From positions 1 to 17,095 of the forward strand of contig JBFMGU010000225.1 in NCBI GenBank assembly GCA_040752415.1: DNA of 17,095 bases. The letters are read 5' to 3'. This stretch comes from Myxococcota bacterium. GTDB lineage: Bacteria; Myxococcota; JACRCW01. Shown here one piece after another: positions 15,940 to 17,095 of this stretch (positions are counted from its first letter, which is position 1; the number at the start of each line of letters is the position of its first letter). A program made the translations under genes and the position numbers. The notes under the pieces were generated by a model. That model made no database searches and had not been told where the DNA came from. It was given only the letters and a program-made list of their open reading frames with translations.

Positions 15940-17095
15940 TGGGTGGTCGGGGGGGGCCCGGGATTCCCGAACAGGGAGTCAGAAGTCAGAAGTCAGAAGT
16001 CAGAAGGGGGCGGCGAGACGCGGACCGGTGTGCACGTTCCGACCTCCCTTCAAGCGAACCGCGACACCCCAAGAGACGGTGGTGGCCGATCATCCCCCTG
16101 GGACTGCTGGTGGTGGGCCTGATGGCCGCCGCGGCGGACCAGGATGGCGACGGCGTGCCCGACCCCGACGACGATTGTCCCGCGCGCGCCGGTCCCGCGC
16201 CCACCGGCTGCCCCAAGGATGACCGCGACGGCGACGGGCTGTGGGACGGCGTGGACAGCTGCCCGGGTGAGGCCGAGGACATCAACGGGCTGCAGGACGG
16301 CGACGGCTGCCCCGACGACCCCGACCTGGTGGAGCTGGAGGGCGCGGTGCGGGCGCGGGCGCCGTACGTGTTTCCCAAGGGCCGCAGCGCGCCGCCCCGC
16401 GACGTGCAGAACCTGGCCAAGGCGGTGGCGCGCTGGATGAAGGGCGACCCGCGCGCGCAGCAGGTGGAAGTGGTGGTGGTGCTGGACCCCGCCGAGAAGA
16501 AGGACGCCAAGACGCTGGCGCAGGACCGCGCGGCGGCGGTGGCGGTGATCCTGGGCGCCGCGGGCGTGCGCAGCGAGAAGATCATCACGCGCGTGGAGAA
16601 GCCCGCACGCAAGGGCGGCCCTCCGCCCAGGACGCTGTTGGTGCGCATCCTGCTCGGCACCGCGGAACGCGCCAAGGTGGAGGCGGAGGATGGCGGCGCG
16701 GCGCCCAGGGGTGTCGACGGTGCCGCGGCGCAGGGGCTGGTGGATGGGGGCGTGGTGACGTCGGCAAAGGCGGACGCGGGAAAGCCGGTGGCGGCGACGG
16801 GCGCGGCCAAGGCGGACGCGGGAAGGCCCACGACGGCGGGTGCCGCCAAGGCCGATGCGGGACCCGCGGTGACGACGAGCGCGAAGGCGGATGCTGGGAG
16901 ACCGGCCCCCGTCACGACGACGGTGGACGCGGGCAAGCCTGCGCCGGCGACACACGCGGATGCCGGGAAGCCTGTTTCCACGACGGGGAAGACGGATGCG
17001 GGACCGCCGCCGGAAAAGGCCCCACCCCCGGCCGCGAAGGCGGACGCGGGCCCCGCGACGTCCGGGAAGAAGCCGCCGCAGTCGGTGGATGCGGG
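15936..17095 (+). CDS. Thrombospondin type-3 repeat and OmpA-like domain protein with a DAG-repeat linker; partial, runs off the right edge
   Basis: Hand-translated; not in the track. Open from ATG 15936 or 15939: ...KRRWWPIIPLGLLVVGLMAAAA-DQDGDGVPDPDDDCP...DRDGDGLWDGVDSCP..EDINGLQDGDGCPD, then OmpA-like VFPKGRS...VEVVVVLD...LAQDRAAAV...GV. The start position is less certain than the gene itself. Confidence 0.82.
   Translation, partial: MMGGRGGPGIPEQGVRSQKSEVRRGRRDADRCARSDLPSSEPRHPKRRWWPIIPLGLLVVGLMAAAADQDGDGVPDPDDDCPARAGPAPTGCPKDDRDGDGLWDGVDSCPGEAEDINGLQDGDGCPDDPDLVELEGAVRARAPYVFPKGRSAPPRDVQNLAKAVARWMKGDPRAQQVEVVVVLDPAEKKDAKTLAQDRAAAVAVILGAAGVRSEKIITRVEKPARKGGPPPRTLLVRILLGTAERAKVEAEDGGAAPRGVDGAAAQGLVDGGVVTSAKADAGKPVAATGAAKADAGRPTTAGAAKADAGPAVTTSAKADAGRPAPVTTTVDAGKPAPATHADAGKPVSTTGKTDAGPPPEKAPPPAAKADAGPATSGKKPPQSVDA
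15977..16006 (+). repeat. Heptamer tandem repeat (AGTCAGA)x4 plus AG
   Basis: Four exact copies starting at 15977, 15984, 15991 and 15998. Confidence 0.97.
16764..17095 (+). repeat. Coding degenerate repeat, about nine (K)xDAG(K/R)P units
   Basis: AKADAGKP, AKADAGRP, AKADAGP, AKADAGRP, VDAGKP, ADAGKP, KTDAGP, KADAGP, VDAG... Confidence 0.85.

Noticed and set aside
15986..16981. 331-aa and 301-aa minus-strand ORFs
   Set aside because: Antisense to the TSP3/OmpA gene; their repeats are the reverse complement of the DAG repeats.
15977..17095. Repeats as a possible CRISPR array
   Set aside because: The heptamers have no spacers, the longer repeats are degenerate and in-frame coding, and there are no cas genes.

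Overview
GC-rich (roughly 70% by eye), gene-dense bacterial chromosome segment. DUF4388, TSP3/OmpA, DAG-repeat and Cys-rich lipoprotein genes point to a Myxococcota-like organism (inference). In order, it contains: a DUF4388/coiled-coil gene running off the left edge; tRNA-Lys(CTT) with promoter and terminator; a convergent AmpG/RhtX-type MFS gene; a moaD-moaE fusion, rlmD-type methyltransferase and lipoprotein amidohydrolase cluster; a hisS, TlpA and secreted-protein cluster; a conserved hypothetical gene; a divergent glutathione locus (gshB, cysZ/EI24-like, gshA); and an envelope operon (Cys-rich DM13-like lipoprotein, long MlaD with a C-terminal beta-barrel-like domain, TSP3/OmpA-like gene running off the right edge). 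No mobile element or CRISPR array was seen. The strongest leads are the envelope operon and its last gene, whose start overlaps the mlaD stop and whose reading frame passes through a G8 tract and a 7-bp tandem repeat before the signal peptide (candidate phase variation). Both edge genes are absent from the supplied ORF track and were translated by hand.
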